Origin: Synechococcus sp.
GTDB lineage: Bacteria; Cyanobacteriota; Cyanobacteriia; PCC-6307; Cyanobiaceae
NCBI GenBank assembly: GCA_047285805.1
Contig: JBJBCN010000003.1
Location: 864,001-928,000, forward strand
Direction: 5' to 3'
DNA length: 64,000 bases
How positions within the stretch are numbered: position 1 is the stretch's first letter; every line of letters starts with the position of its first letter. The position numbers and the translations under genes are program-made. Below the pieces are notes generated by a model. The model did no database searches. It had not been told where the DNA came from and worked only from the letters and a program-made list of their open reading frames with translations. Below, in pieces: positions 9,701-20,365 of this stretch.

Positions 9701-10702
9701 ATGGAGCTCACCTACCGCCCCCGCCGCCTGCGCCGTTCCCCTGCCTTGCGGGCCATGGTTCGGGAGACCTCCCTCAGCCCGACTGACTTCATCTATCCCC
9801 TTTTTGTTCACGAGGGGGCTAGCAATGAGCCGATCGGGGCCATGCCGGGTTGCCAGCGCTGGAGCCTCGATGGGCTGGTGCAGGAAGTCGGTCGCGCCTG
9901 GGACCTCGGGATCCGCTGCGTGGTCCTTTTCCCCAAGGTGGCCGATGGCCTGAAGACCGAAGACGGCGCTGAGTGCTTCAACGAAGGAGGCCTAATCCCT
10001 CGGGCGATCCGCCGACTGAAGGAGGTGCATCCCGAGATGGCGATCATGACCGACGTCGCCCTTGACCCTTATTCCTGCGATGGCCATGACGGGATCGTCA
10101 GCGGCGAAGGGGTCGTTCTCAATGACGAAACCGTGACACTGCTTTGCAAACAGGCCGTGGCTCAGGCCCGTGCCGGTGCTGATCTGATCGGTCCCAGCGA
10201 CATGATGGATGGGCGTGTCGGCGCCATCCGCGAAGCCCTCGATGAGGAAGGCTTCGAGCACGTCGGGATCATCAGCTACACGGCGAAATACTCCTCGGCG
10301 TATTACGGCCCCTTCCGCGAAGCTTTGGATTCCGCTCCCCGTGCGGTGGCCAGTAAGCCCATCCCAAAGGACAAGTCCACCTACCAGATGGATCCGGCCA
10401 ACGCCCGCGAGGCCATCACTGAGGCCCAGCTCGACGAGCAAGAGGGCGCCGACATCATGATGGTCAAGCCCGGTCTGGCTTACCTCGACATCATTCACCG
10501 TCTCCGCGAGGAGAGTGAGTTGCCGATCGCGGCCTACAACGTCAGTGGCGAGTACGCGATGGTTAAGGCGGCCGCGGAGAAGGGCTGGATCGATGAGCGC
10601 GCGGTAGTGCTCGAAACCCTGCTCTGCTTCAAGCGCGCCGGAGCTGACCTGATCCTCACCTATCACGCCTGTGATGCGGCTGAGTGGATGCGCCAGGGCT
10701 GA
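9701..10702 (+). CDS. hemB: Porphobilinogen synthase
   Basis: RPRRLR, DVALDPY, PSDMMDGR, YYGPFR, MVKP, AYNVSGEY. Confidence 0.97.
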   Translation: MELTYRPRRLRRSPALRAMVRETSLSPTDFIYPLFVHEGASNEPIGAMPGCQRWSLDGLVQEVGRAWDLGIRCVVLFPKVADGLKTEDGAECFNEGGLIPRAIRRLKEVHPEMAIMTDVALDPYSCDGHDGIVSGEGVVLNDETVTLLCKQAVAQARAGADLIGPSDMMDGRVGAIREALDEEGFEHVGIISYTAKYSSAYYGPFREALDSAPRAVASKPIPKDKSTYQMDPANAREAITEAQLDEQEGADIMMVKPGLAYLDIIHRLREESELPIAAYNVSGEYAMVKAAAEKGWIDERAVVLETLLCFKRAGADLILTYHACDAAEWMRQG

Positions 10703-10763
10703 ACCGGCCCATCAACGGTTGAGACAGCGGCCAGCTCACAATGGGTTGGTCGACTCGTATCCC

Positions 10764-11168
10764 ATGTCCTGCAACCATCGCCTTGGCCATGTCGCCCTGC
10801 GGGTGCAGGACATTGAGCGGGCCAAGCGCTTTTATCTCGACTTAGGTCTGCGGCTGACCTGGGAAGCAGACGACTGGTGCTACGTCCAGTGGCCTACCGG
10901 TGAGGGTATTGCTCTGCTCAGCCCGGACTACAAGGCGGCTGGCCCCCACTTCGCCTTTCACGTCCAGAACCGCTCCGAAGTGGACCAGATGCGCGAGCAG
11001 CTGCTGGCCAAGGGTCACTCCTGCGGTCCGGTGCACGACCACCGCGATGGCACGGCCTCCTTCTACATGCAGGATCCTGAGGGCAACTGGCTGGAGATGC
11101 TCTACGAGCCCAAGGGTGGGCTGCCCTCCAATGTCGGAGCTGAACCGATTCCTTTGACCTACTTGTGA
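10764..11168 (+). CDS. VOC/glyoxalase family protein
   Basis: LGHVALRV, HFAF, FYMQDPEGNWLE. Confidence 0.88.
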   Translation: MSCNHRLGHVALRVQDIERAKRFYLDLGLRLTWEADDWCYVQWPTGEGIALLSPDYKAAGPHFAFHVQNRSEVDQMREQLLAKGHSCGPVHDHRDGTASFYMQDPEGNWLEMLYEPKGGLPSNVGAEPIPLTYL

Positions 11169-13600
11169 CGGCGGAGCTGCACGCGCCAATCCAACAGGAG
11201 GCCCTGGAGCTGCTGGAGTGGCCGCGGCTGGCTCAACACGTCTCCAGCTTCGCCAGCACCGCTGCCGGCCGTGCCGTGGCGGCCCGGCTGCCCTTGGCTT
11301 CGACCCGTCAGCAGAGCGTGGGCTGGCTGGCCGAGACGACCGAACTGCTGGCGCTCGATGGCCTTGTTGAAGGGGGCCTGAGCTTTCAGGGTGCCGCGGA
11401 CCTGGATCAGACCCTGCAGCTCTGTGCGAAGGGGGGCGTGGCCAGTGGTGATGATTTCTTGGCCGTGGCGACCACCCTGGCGGCGGCCCGGCGCCTACGC
11501 CGTCAGATCGATGACCCCGAGCTCCGGCCGGTGACGACGGCCCTTGTGGAGCCTCTGCGGACCCTGCCGGAGCTGGAGCAGCGGCTGCGCTTTTGTATTG
11601 AAGACGGGGGGCGTGTGGCGGATCGTGCCAGCCCGCCCCTCTCTGGCTTACGCCGTCAGCTGGCCTCGGTGCGGATGGAGCGCCGCGATCGCCTCAATGA
11701 GCTGATTCGCCGCTACGCCGCGCTGCTCCAGGACACCGTGGTGGCCGAGCGCAATGGCCGGCCGGTCCTGGCGGTGAAGGCCGGTGCCGCCAGTCAGTTG
11801 CTCGGTCTGGTGCACGACAGTTCCGCCTCGGGGAACACCGTCTTCATTGAGCCCCAGGCGGTGATTCCTCTGGGGAACCGCATTCGTCAACTCGAAGGCG
11901 AGGAGCGCGAGGCCGAGCGGGCGGTGCTTCAGGACCTCAGCGGCCTGGTGGGCGAGGAACAACCGGCGCTCGAGCACCTCCAGCAGGTTTTGATCCAGCT
12001 GGATCTTGCCCTGTCCAGGGCCCGCTACAGCGCCTGGCTGGGAGCGGTGCGTCCCGAGTTTGAGGCTGCCCCCCTGGCGCCGCTTCAGCTGGAGGGACTG
12101 CGCCATCCCCTGCTGCTCTGGCAGGAGCGCCGCCAAGGTGGACAGGCGGTGGTTCCCGTCAGCGTCCGCGTGGAGAACAGCCTGCGGGTAGTGGCGATCA
12201 CCGGTCCCAACACCGGCGGTAAGACCGTGACCCTCAAGAGCGTGGGTCTGGCGGTGTTGATGGCTCGAGCCGGTCTCTTCGTGCCCTGCAAAGGGTCGCC
12301 CCGCCTGCCCTGGTGCCAGCAGGTTCTCGCGGACATTGGCGATGAGCAGTCCCTGCAGCAGAACCTCTCCACCTTCAGTGGCCATGTGCGGCGGATCGCC
12401 CGGATCCTTGAGGCCCTGCCCGCCGCTGGCAGTGATCTGGCCACCCAGCCCGGCGCCCAATTGGTGCTCCTCGATGAGGTGGGGGCTGGCACCGATCCCA
12501 CAGAGGGCACGGCGCTGGCCATCGCCCTGCTCAAGCATTTGGCTGATCGGGCGCGGTTGACCATCGCAACGACCCACTTCGGGGAGCTCAAGGCGCTGAA
12601 GTACGACGACCCCCGCTTCGAGAACGCCTCCGTCGCCTTCGACGTTGAGAGCCTCTCGCCGACCTACCACCTGCAATGGGGTATCCCGGGGCGCAGCAAT
12701 GCCTTGGCCATCGCCACGCGACTCGGGTTGGACGGTCGTGTCCTCAAGGACGCCCAGGCCCTGCTCGCTCCCCGGGGTGAGGGGGAGATGAATCAAGTGA
12801 TTGCCGGATTGGAGAGCCAACGGCAACGGCAGCAGGATGCGGCGGAAGAGGCGGCCTCCCTGCTGGCCCGTACGGAGCTGTTGCACGAGGAGCTGCTGCA
12901 GCGCTGGCAGCAGCAGAAGGAGCAGAGCGCCGAGCTGCAGGAGCAACGCCGTCAGCAACTGGAGCGCTCGATTCGCGATGGCCAGAAGGAGGTGCGCCGC
13001 ATCATTCGGCGTCTGCGCCATGGCCGTGGCACCGACACCAGCGAACTGGGCGAATCCGCCCGCCGAGCCGGCCAGCAGCTCAAGCAGCTGGAGCAGCAGC
13101 ATCGCCAGATGCCCGAGCGCCGGGACCACAAGGGTTGGCTTCCCAAGGTTGGCGATCGCGTTCGCGTCCTCTCCCTTGGCAAGGCGGGTGAGGTCCTCTC
13201 CCTCAGCGAAGACGGCCGTGAGCTCAGCATCCGCTGCGGGGTCATGCGCCTCAACCTTGAGTTGTCCGCGATTGAGGGGCTGCAGGGCGAGAAGCCCGCG
13301 CCACCGGAGACCCAGGTGGCGATCCGCAGTCGCCGGAATCCCGCCAGCCGGGGTACCGAGGTCCGGACCGAGCGCAACACCATTGATGTGCGGGGCATGC
13401 GCGTGCATGAAGCTGAGGCAGCCGTGGAGGAACACCTGCGCGGCGCCAATGGGCCGGTGTGGGTTATCCACGGCATCGGCACCGGCAAGCTCAAGCGCGG
13501 GCTGCGTGAGTGGCTCTCCAGCGTTCCCTATGTGGAGCGGGTCAGCGATGCCGCCCAGGGCGATGGCGGCCAGGGCTGCAGTGTGATCTGGGTGAAGTGA
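11165..13600 (+). CDS. mutS2: MutS2 family protein (ATPase plus Smr domain)
   Basis: ITGPNTGGKT, STFSGH, LLDEVGAGTDP, C-terminal IDVRG...IHGIGTG. Confidence 0.96.
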   Translation: MTAELHAPIQQEALELLEWPRLAQHVSSFASTAAGRAVAARLPLASTRQQSVGWLAETTELLALDGLVEGGLSFQGAADLDQTLQLCAKGGVASGDDFLAVATTLAAARRLRRQIDDPELRPVTTALVEPLRTLPELEQRLRFCIEDGGRVADRASPPLSGLRRQLASVRMERRDRLNELIRRYAALLQDTVVAERNGRPVLAVKAGAASQLLGLVHDSSASGNTVFIEPQAVIPLGNRIRQLEGEEREAERAVLQDLSGLVGEEQPALEHLQQVLIQLDLALSRARYSAWLGAVRPEFEAAPLAPLQLEGLRHPLLLWQERRQGGQAVVPVSVRVENSLRVVAITGPNTGGKTVTLKSVGLAVLMARAGLFVPCKGSPRLPWCQQVLADIGDEQSLQQNLSTFSGHVRRIARILEALPAAGSDLATQPGAQLVLLDEVGAGTDPTEGTALAIALLKHLADRARLTIATTHFGELKALKYDDPRFENASVAFDVESLSPTYHLQWGIPGRSNALAIATRLGLDGRVLKDAQALLAPRGEGEMNQVIAGLESQRQRQQDAAEEAASLLARTELLHEELLQRWQQQKEQSAELQEQRRQQLERSIRDGQKEVRRIIRRLRHGRGTDTSELGESARRAGQQLKQLEQQHRQMPERRDHKGWLPKVGDRVRVLSLGKAGEVLSLSEDGRELSIRCGVMRLNLELSAIEGLQGEKPAPPETQVAIRSRRNPASRGTEVRTERNTIDVRGMRVHEAEAAVEEHLRGANGPVWVIHGIGTGKLKRGLREWLSSVPYVERVSDAAQGDGGQGCSVIWVK

Positions 13601-13607
13601 CGCCCTA

Positions 13608-14861
13608 CTACCCCAGAGACGGCAGCACAGGCTCGGGGCCCGCGGCGGGTTCGGCGATCGGCTCGGGCGCCATCGGGATCGCCTCGCCGTTGGCGTCAAA
13701 GAAGCGCCAGCCCTTCGGATCGGTCTCCAGGTGAACCGTCTCCCCTGGGGTGAGGTGCTCGCCCGGATCGGCCCGCAGCTGCACCAGGTGGCTTCCCTCC
13801 TCTAGGCGGCAGGTGAGCAGTTGCTCATTGCCCAGTCCCTCCACGTGGCAGACCTCGGCGGGCAGGTTGCGGTTGGTGGCCGGGGCCAACCGCAGGTGTT
13901 CCGCCCGCAGGCCACCGGTGAGGGCCTCACTCCCTCCAGCGTCCTGCCAGTGCAGCAGGGCATCTCCGCTGGGGCCCTCCGGGAGGAAGCGACGGCTGCC
14001 GAGCTGCAGCTGACCTTTGCCGGCAACGGTGATGGGCAGCAGGTTCATTGCTGGGCTACCGATGAATTGGGCCACAAACAAGTTGCTCGGCCACTGGTAG
14101 AGCTCCGTCGGTGTCCCGAGCTGTTGCATGGAACCGCGGTTCAAGACGGCGATCCGGTGGCCCATCGTCATGGCCTCTACCTGGTCGTGGGTCACATAGA
14201 CCGTTGTGGTTCCCAGTCGGCGCTGCAGTTCGACGATCTGGGCCCGGGTCCCCGTCCGCAACTTTGCATCCAGGTTGCTGAGGGGTTCATCCATCAAAAA
14301 GACAGACGGCTGTCGGGCGATGGCGCGTCCGAGGGCAACCCGTTGTTTTTGGCCGCCGGAGAGTTCCTTGGGCATTCGGTCCAACAGATGCTCGAGCTCC
14401 AGGGTGCTAGCCACTTCGTGGATGCGCGCTTCGATCCGTTGCTCCCGGCTTGAGGAAACCCGGAGGGCCTCGGGCAGGGCTCGCGAGGCACGGTGCAGGC
14501 TGTCCTGGAGGTATTGGACGATAGTGCGCTCCCGCTGGCGCCGCAGGCCAAAACCAATGTTGTCCGCCACGCTCAGGTGGGGATACAGGGCGTAGCTCTG
14601 GAAGACCATCGCCACATCCCTTTGGGAGGGGCGCAGATGGGTCACCCGGCGTCCACCGACGATGATCTCGCCGCCGTTTGGGCTCTCGAGGCCCGCGAGG
14701 AGTCGGAGCAGGGTGCTCTTGCCGCAGCCGGAGGGTCCCACCAGGACCAAGAACTCGCCATCGCGGATCGAGAGATCCAGCTGGCGCAGGACTTCAACCG
14801 CTGCACTGCCTCGCCGTGGGGGGTAGGTCTTGCTGACCTGTTGGAAGCGAACCTCTGCCAA
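13608..14861 (-). CDS. MalK/GgtA-like sugar or compatible-solute ABC ATPase
   Basis: GPSGCGKS, LSGGQKQR, DEPLSNLD, TOBE-like C-terminus. Confidence 0.9.
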   Translation of the reverse strand: MAEVRFQQVSKTYPPRRGSAAVEVLRQLDLSIRDGEFLVLVGPSGCGKSTLLRLLAGLESPNGGEIIVGGRRVTHLRPSQRDVAMVFQSYALYPHLSVADNIGFGLRRQRERTIVQYLQDSLHRASRALPEALRVSSSREQRIEARIHEVASTLELEHLLDRMPKELSGGQKQRVALGRAIARQPSVFLMDEPLSNLDAKLRTGTRAQIVELQRRLGTTTVYVTHDQVEAMTMGHRIAVLNRGSMQQLGTPTELYQWPSNLFVAQFIGSPAMNLLPITVAGKGQLQLGSRRFLPEGPSGDALLHWQDAGGSEALTGGLRAEHLRLAPATNRNLPAEVCHVEGLGNEQLLTCRLEEGSHLVQLRADPGEHLTPGETVHLETDPKGWRFFDANGEAIPMAPEPIAEPAAGPEPVLPSLG

Positions 14862-14900
14862 TAACCGGCCTCACGGCGGCCCGATCTTAGGGTTGGTCAA

Positions 14901-15890
14901 ATGCAATTCATTGATCAGGCCAGGATCTCACTGCAGGCAGGACGCGGCGGCGATGGAATAGCCGCTTTCCGCCGTGAGAAGTACGTTCCCGCCGGCGGCC
15001 CCTCCGGTGGTGATGGTGGCCGGGGCGGGGATGTCTGGCTTGAGGCCGACCCCAATCTCCAAACTCTGCTGGATTTCAAGTACAAGCGGCTCTTCGCCGC
15101 TGACGATGGTCGACGTGGAGGGCCGAACAAAGCCACCGGTGCCAGTGGGTCGCCGCTGGTGATCAAGGTCCCTTGTGGCACGGAGGTCCGTGATTCCCGA
15201 ACCCACATCCTCATGGGGGATCTCACCGATAAAGGTGAGCGTTTGCTGGTGGCCGTCGGGGGCCGCGGCGGATTGGGCAATGCCCACTACCTGAGCAACC
15301 GCAACCGCGCTCCTGAGAAATTCACCGAGGGACGTGACGGTGAGGAGTGGCTTCTCCAGCTCGAGCTGAAGTTGTTGGCCGAGGTGGGAATCATTGGCTT
15401 GCCCAATGCTGGAAAGAGCACCTTGATTTCCGTTCTCTCCTCGGCACGGCCCAAGATTGCCGATTACCCATTCACTACCCTGGTGCCCAACCTCGGGGTG
15501 GTGCGTCGACCCAGCGGCGATGGCACCGTTTTTGCGGATATTCCTGGGTTGATTGCTGGTGCCGCACAGGGTGCGGGCCTCGGCCATGACTTCCTCCGAC
15601 ATATCCAGCGCACCCGCCTGCTGATCCATCTGGTGGATGCCAGCTCAGAAGATGTTCTGAAAGACTTCAAGGTGGTGCAGCAGGAGCTGGCCGCCTACGG
15701 AAATGGGCTTGATGAGCGGCCCTGCCTGGTTGCGCTTAACAAAACCGAACTGCTTATGGATGAGGAGCTGGAGGAGCGGATTCAACTGGTTAGCGACCAC
15801 TGCGGCCAATCGGTACTGAATGTCTCCGCTGCCACCTCAAAAAACTTGGATCAGCTCTTGTCGCGGGTCTGGAAAGAGCTGGGGGTGTGA
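14901..15890 (+). CDS. obgE: GTPase Obg/CgtA
   Basis: Gly-rich Obg domain, [21 protein letters not shown]. Confidence 0.97.
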   Translation: MQFIDQARISLQAGRGGDGIAAFRREKYVPAGGPSGGDGGRGGDVWLEADPNLQTLLDFKYKRLFAADDGRRGGPNKATGASGSPLVIKVPCGTEVRDSRTHILMGDLTDKGERLLVAVGGRGGLGNAHYLSNRNRAPEKFTEGRDGEEWLLQLELKLLAEVGIIGLPNAGKSTLISVLSSARPKIADYPFTTLVPNLGVVRRPSGDGTVFADIPGLIAGAAQGAGLGHDFLRHIQRTRLLIHLVDASSEDVLKDFKVVQQELAAYGNGLDERPCLVALNKTELLMDEELEERIQLVSDHCGQSVLNVSAATSKNLDQLLSRVWKELGV

Positions 15891-15920
15891 GCCAGATAAT
15901 GCTGGCTCACTACTAAACGC

Positions 15921-16139
15921 TCAGTCGTCGTAGACGAGACACTCAGGAGCGTCGGGGTTCAGGTCGCAGAAGACTTCCAGAGGGCTGGGATCTTTCTGGT
16001 CGTCGGGATGGTGGGCCTTGTATTCCTCAAGGTCCTTCACTTCGTCCTGAAGGTGGCGAAGCTTGGGTTGATCACCAGCGGCTTTAGCCGCTTCGATCTC
16101 AGTTTTGTCCTTAGCGATGTGCTCGTCGATCGTGTTCAT
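15921..16139 (-). CDS. cp12: CP12 (picocyanobacterial type, C-terminal Cys pair only)
   Basis: C-terminus PLEVFCDLNPDAPECLVYDD. Confidence 0.92.
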   Translation of the reverse strand: MNTIDEHIAKDKTEIEAAKAAGDQPKLRHLQDEVKDLEEYKAHHPDDQKDPSPLEVFCDLNPDAPECLVYDD

Positions 16140-16303
16140 GCAATGAGGCCGGAGAGATCAGGCTGCTCGACGTCGGCCACACCATACGGGGTGTCTGGCG
16201 GATGCGGAGCCATTTGTGATGGCCTTCTGATTCGTCTTTCGCTTTTCTTCGCGGCCAGATTGCGAGGACTGTGGCTAGCAGAGGGCTAGTGAAGGACTTC
16301 AAG

Positions 16304-16792
16304 ATGGCGCGGATTACGCAGCGGCACGATCGTCACTTCATGGATGAGGCCGGTCGTCTCTTTTGGATTAATGGACCTGACCATCACTGCTACCTCTCCG
16401 AGCAGAGGCAGTGGCGCGACGGCTTGAGTTTTGAGGACACTCTCGAGTGGAAGCAATGCTCCCCAACCGGTTTGGTGAGCCAGCGCTTTCACTCCTTGCA
16501 GGCGGCCTGTGAGGCCTTTGAACACAACCAGATCCAGTGGACATTGGATCTCTATCTGCGGCATATGGGCGATGAAATGGCCCTGCAGCGCAGCCTCAGT
16601 GACTACAAGCCAACGGCCATGAAGGAGGCGGAGGTTCGCTCGGGCCGTTGCCGTCAACAACCCTGGTTGGGTCAAGGCACGCCACGAATGCAGTGCGAGC
16701 TGAGTGCCAAGCCAGGACGCAGTGGCTCGGAACTGCCGCCCCACGCCCATCGCCGCCGTCGCACCAGCGCGACTACTCCGGCATCTCACTGA
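16304..16792 (+). CDS. Hypothetical protein
   Basis: ATG with upstream AAGGA; fills the gap between cp12 and the ABC-F gene; no family recognised. Confidence 0.55.
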   Translation: MARITQRHDRHFMDEAGRLFWINGPDHHCYLSEQRQWRDGLSFEDTLEWKQCSPTGLVSQRFHSLQAACEAFEHNQIQWTLDLYLRHMGDEMALQRSLSDYKPTAMKEAEVRSGRCRQQPWLGQGTPRMQCELSAKPGRSGSELPPHAHRRRRTSATTPASH

Positions 16793-18710
16793 GTTCGAGC
16801 CAGCGTTCTTCGCCCTTGGTAATGGTCTGCAGGAGGGTCGAGAGCTCTTCACTAAGGGCTTCGAGGGCTGCGTAATCACTGCCTCCTGTTGCCAGCAGGC
16901 TTTCCAGTTCTTCCCTGCGGGCTTCCCAGAGGGGCAGGTTCGTGTCGAGCTGCTCGAGTTCACGGTTTTCCTTGAAGCTGCGGCGTCTGGCCTTTGCGGG
17001 TTTTGCCTTCCGGTAAGGGTCTGGCTTGATGGGCGCCAGTTCCCGCGTGGCTGCTGCTGGTCGGTTGCTGGATTGCCGTTCGAGGTAACTGCTGTAGTTC
17101 CCCTCAAAGCGTTGAAGCTGGCCGTCCTCAAAGCTGAACAGTCGGTCTACGGTCCGATCTAGGAAGTAGCGGTCGTGGGAGACCACGACGACACAGCCAC
17201 GGAAGTCCTCTAAGAAATCCTCGAGCACGGTCAGGGTCTGGACGTCGAGGTCGTTGGTGGGCTCGTCCAGCAGCAGAACATTGGGGGCCTCGATTAGCAG
17301 GCGACAGAGGTGCAGCCGCCGCCGCTCGCCGCCGGAGAGCTTGCTCACGGGTTGGTGTTGCTGTGCTGGAGGAAATAGGAAGCGCTCGAGCAGCTGGGAG
17401 GCACTCAAGGTGGAGCCGTCGACTTCGACGGTGCTTGCGGCCTCCTTGACGACGTCAATCACCTTGCGCTCGCGGCCCGCCGCATCGATCTGATCGAGCA
17501 CGGTGTGGCTGTGCTGGTCGAAGTAGGCCAGCTTCACGGTGGAGCCCAGTTCGACACGCCCCCCTTGGGGGACCCGCCGACCGGCAATGAGATCCAGCAG
17601 TGTCGATTTGCCCGAGCCATTGGGCCCGATGATTCCGATCCGATCCTCAGGGCTGAAGTCGTAGCTGAAGTTCCGCAAGAGCGGCGTCTGGCCACAGCTT
17701 TGGGCCTCCGCGCTGGGCCAGACCAGCACGTCTTCGGCTTCGATCGCGCGCTTCCCCAGCCGCCGTTGGTTGTTGATCAAGCTGAGATTCCCCTTGGTTT
17801 GGCGCTTAGGGGCCTCCTGCATTGCTTCGATCCGTTGGATCCGCGCTTTCTGTTTGGTGCTGCGTGCCTTCGGTCCGCGCTTGAGCCACTCCAACTCTCG
17901 CCGCAGAACGCCTTTGAATTTCGCTTCATTCGCGGCGGCCGCTGCTTCTTCCTCGGCCTTTCGGGCCAGGTAGTAGGCGTAGTTGCCGCTGTAGTTGCGG
18001 GCCTCGCCGCGATCCACCTCAACGATCCGGTTGGTCACCTGATCGAGGACATAGCGGTCGTGGGTGATCAGCACCAGGGAGCCGCTGAAGCGCTGTAAGT
18101 AGCCCTGGAGCCACTGGATGCAGTCGGCATCGAGATGATTCGTGGGCTCGTCCAGCAGCAGGACGTCCGGGTCGGCTACCAGGGCGGCTGCCAGGGCAAG
18201 GCGTTTGCGGTAGCCGCCGGAGAGATCGCTGACCCGGCGTTGGGTATCGCTGATGCCCAGCCTTTGCAGCACTTCGCGGATTTGCTGCTCCAAGCCCCAG
18301 GCTTGGCTTTGGTCCATCCGTCCGTTGAGTTGCCCCAGCTCGGCAAGGAGGGACCCATCGTCATCGCCCCGTTCGTGGGCGCTGGCGAGGGCCTCACTGA
18401 CCTCGGTGTAGCGGCGCAGCAGTTGCATCTTCTCGCCGCTGTCGGCGAAGACCTGCTCGAGCACGGTCCGCTCCGGATCCATCTCCGGCTCTTGGCTCAC
18501 CAGGACGATTCGCGCTTGGGGCAGCACCCGACGTCTGCCTCCCCCCGTGGGCTCAAGCCCGGCCAGGACGCGCATCAGGGTGGACTTGCCGGCGCCGTTA
18601 GGGCCAATTAAGCCCAGGCGTTCCCGCTCGCCGATATGGAGGGTCAGCCCGTCGAAAAGGGTGCGGATGCCGAAGTCCTTGCGGACATCCACCAGGCTGA
18701 TCAGGCTCAC
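16773..18710 (-). CDS. ABC-F ATPase (Uup-like)
   Basis: Two ABC domains, no TM segments, C-terminal coiled-coil (RWLEL). Confidence 0.92.
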   Translation of the reverse strand: MSLISLVDVRKDFGIRTLFDGLTLHIGERERLGLIGPNGAGKSTLMRVLAGLEPTGGGRRRVLPQARIVLVSQEPEMDPERTVLEQVFADSGEKMQLLRRYTEVSEALASAHERGDDDGSLLAELGQLNGRMDQSQAWGLEQQIREVLQRLGISDTQRRVSDLSGGYRKRLALAAALVADPDVLLLDEPTNHLDADCIQWLQGYLQRFSGSLVLITHDRYVLDQVTNRIVEVDRGEARNYSGNYAYYLARKAEEEAAAAANEAKFKGVLRRELEWLKRGPKARSTKQKARIQRIEAMQEAPKRQTKGNLSLINNQRRLGKRAIEAEDVLVWPSAEAQSCGQTPLLRNFSYDFSPEDRIGIIGPNGSGKSTLLDLIAGRRVPQGGRVELGSTVKLAYFDQHSHTVLDQIDAAGRERKVIDVVKEAASTVEVDGSTLSASQLLERFLFPPAQQHQPVSKLSGGERRRLHLCRLLIEAPNVLLLDEPTNDLDVQTLTVLEDFLEDFRGCVVVVSHDRYFLDRTVDRLFSFEDGQLQRFEGNYSSYLERQSSNRPAAATRELAPIKPDPYRKAKPAKARRRSFKENRELEQLDTNLPLWEARREELESLLATGGSDYAALEALSEELSTLLQTITKGEERWLELSEMPE

Positions 18711-19348
18711 AGGTTGGGGGAGTGCCGCTGCGCTTCCAGATAAGCAAACACGCTCTTGTCGCCTACATCGGCCGCGGCATCCATCGGGAACTTCCGCATG
18801 CTCAGCACCAGGAGCAGCGCGGCTTCGATCGCCAACAAAGCGGCTGTCGCTTCGGTGCTGAGCATGCCGCTCAGGCGTCCCAGCAGGGCGATGGGCAAAA
18901 GCAGCGTGACCCCGATCGCCTCAGGGCGACGGAAGCAGAAGAACTCCTTGAAGCCGATGCCCGCGAGGGCGGCGAAGAAGGGGCCCACCGCCAAGATCCA
19001 GCGGCCGTCACTAGTCAGCGCTGTTGCCATGCCCTGGGGGCCGGCGCTGATCAACAGGCCCAGAAAGCCGATACAGCCCAGCATCCAGAGCAGTTGCAAG
19101 GCGCGGTGCAGGGGACGCACATAAATGTGAATCCAGCGCAGGGCCAGGCCGACCCCCGCAGTGAGTGGGAGGAGCCAGGGCCAGATCCAGGTGGCCCCCA
19201 GCTGATGCCACTGGAGAAAGAGCGCCGCTTGGGCCAGCGCCGCCGTGAAGAGGGCGAGGCGATAACCGAGCACTTCACGGCGATCCGTAGCCGTAATGCT
19301 GTAGGGGCCATAAACCCCTTCAAAGACCGGATCGGCGGTGGTGCTCAT
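18707..19348 (-). CDS. DUF2301 family membrane protein
   Basis: GVYGPY, IHIY, GIGFKEFFCF, DVGDKSVF; start trimmed to ATG 19348. Confidence 0.85.
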   Translation of the reverse strand: MSTTADPVFEGVYGPYSITATDRREVLGYRLALFTAALAQAALFLQWHQLGATWIWPWLLPLTAGVGLALRWIHIYVRPLHRALQLLWMLGCIGFLGLLISAGPQGMATALTSDGRWILAVGPFFAALAGIGFKEFFCFRRPEAIGVTLLLPIALLGRLSGMLSTEATAALLAIEAALLLVLSMRKFPMDAAADVGDKSVFAYLEAQRHSPNL

Positions 19349-19350
19349 CT

Positions 19351-20310
19351 TCAGGGGACTCCTTGAACCATTGTGCTTAGGGCGGGCCCCGCGGGCACGA
19401 TCCCCGAGGGATTGAGTGGGAATAAGGCGCCGAAGTAGTCCTCGCGCCAGGCCTGCTCGCAGCATGTCTCGGCTACCCCAGCGAGGGCGAAGAACCGTTG
19501 CCGCCAGCGCCAGAGCCCGGGGAATTGCCAGATTGGTTGGCGGCTGACCCCAAAGAGAGGGGCGTAGACCAACTCCAGGCGAATCAAGGTGGGAAAGAGC
19601 TGGACATCCGCCAGGGATGGGGCCTTGCCGCACAGCCAGGGGGCTGCGGCCGGGCTCGAGAGCACGGATTCCGCCTCAGCCAGGGTTTCAAAGAGGGCGG
19701 CTTCAGCGCGGTCGTAAGCCCCTTGGTTGCGGGCAAAGCCGCAGCGGTAGACCCCGTCATTGACGCTGTGCTGCAGGCGCTCACGCCACTCCCCGATGGC
19801 CTGAACCTGGCTCGCTGGCGCCAGGTTCAGTACGCCAGGGGGTGCGGGCCAGTCGTTCAGCAGCTCCATCAGCCGTGCGCTTTCGCCCACGACGACCTCT
19901 CCGGAGTGGCTGTCCATCAGGACGGGCACCGTGGCCCGTTGGTTCGGATCGGCGCCGGCGGCTAGGTAGAGCTCCTGCAGGGTCTGGTAGCCCCGAAAGG
20001 GGGGGCTGAAGCGCCAGCGCCCCGCCTTTGGATCGGGCTCGACCACCAGCAGATCAATGCTCTGCTGCAGCTGACGGAGTTGCCAGACGAGCCAGGCTCG
20101 GTGGGCCCAGGGGCAGCTGCGGCCGACGATCAGCACGTGGGCGCCTGGCGCTCCGGCCGAGCGGGGCAGCTCCGGTTTGGCCACAAACACACCTGGTGGT
20201 CGCCTGTAGTTCCCCTCGTTGTCGGCGGGGCCGAGGCCGCTCATCAGTTGCAGCCACTGCCAATGCCAGCCGGTTCGGGCCGCCGCCACTACGGCAGGGG
20301 GGATGCCCAT
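19351..20310 (-). CDS. Glutathionyl-hydroquinone reductase-type GST (YqjG/Xi class)
   Basis: CPWAHR active site, TVPVL, NDGVYRCGFA. Confidence 0.9.
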   Translation of the reverse strand: MGIPPAVVAAARTGWHWQWLQLMSGLGPADNEGNYRRPPGVFVAKPELPRSAGAPGAHVLIVGRSCPWAHRAWLVWQLRQLQQSIDLLVVEPDPKAGRWRFSPPFRGYQTLQELYLAAGADPNQRATVPVLMDSHSGEVVVGESARLMELLNDWPAPPGVLNLAPASQVQAIGEWRERLQHSVNDGVYRCGFARNQGAYDRAEAALFETLAEAESVLSSPAAAPWLCGKAPSLADVQLFPTLIRLELVYAPLFGVSRQPIWQFPGLWRWRQRFFALAGVAETCCEQAWREDYFGALFPLNPSGIVPAGPALSTMVQGVP

Positions 20311-20365
20311 GGAGGTTCAGAACACTTCTGCCAGGCTGGCGCAGCTGCGCGCTGGAGAACAGGGG

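Noticed and set aside
11648..13699. 683-aa antisense ORF over mutS2 (likewise 21707-22873, 28224-29894, 38660-40012 and others)
   Set aside because: Shadow ORFs from GC-rich codon usage opposite well-supported genes; no recognisable motifs
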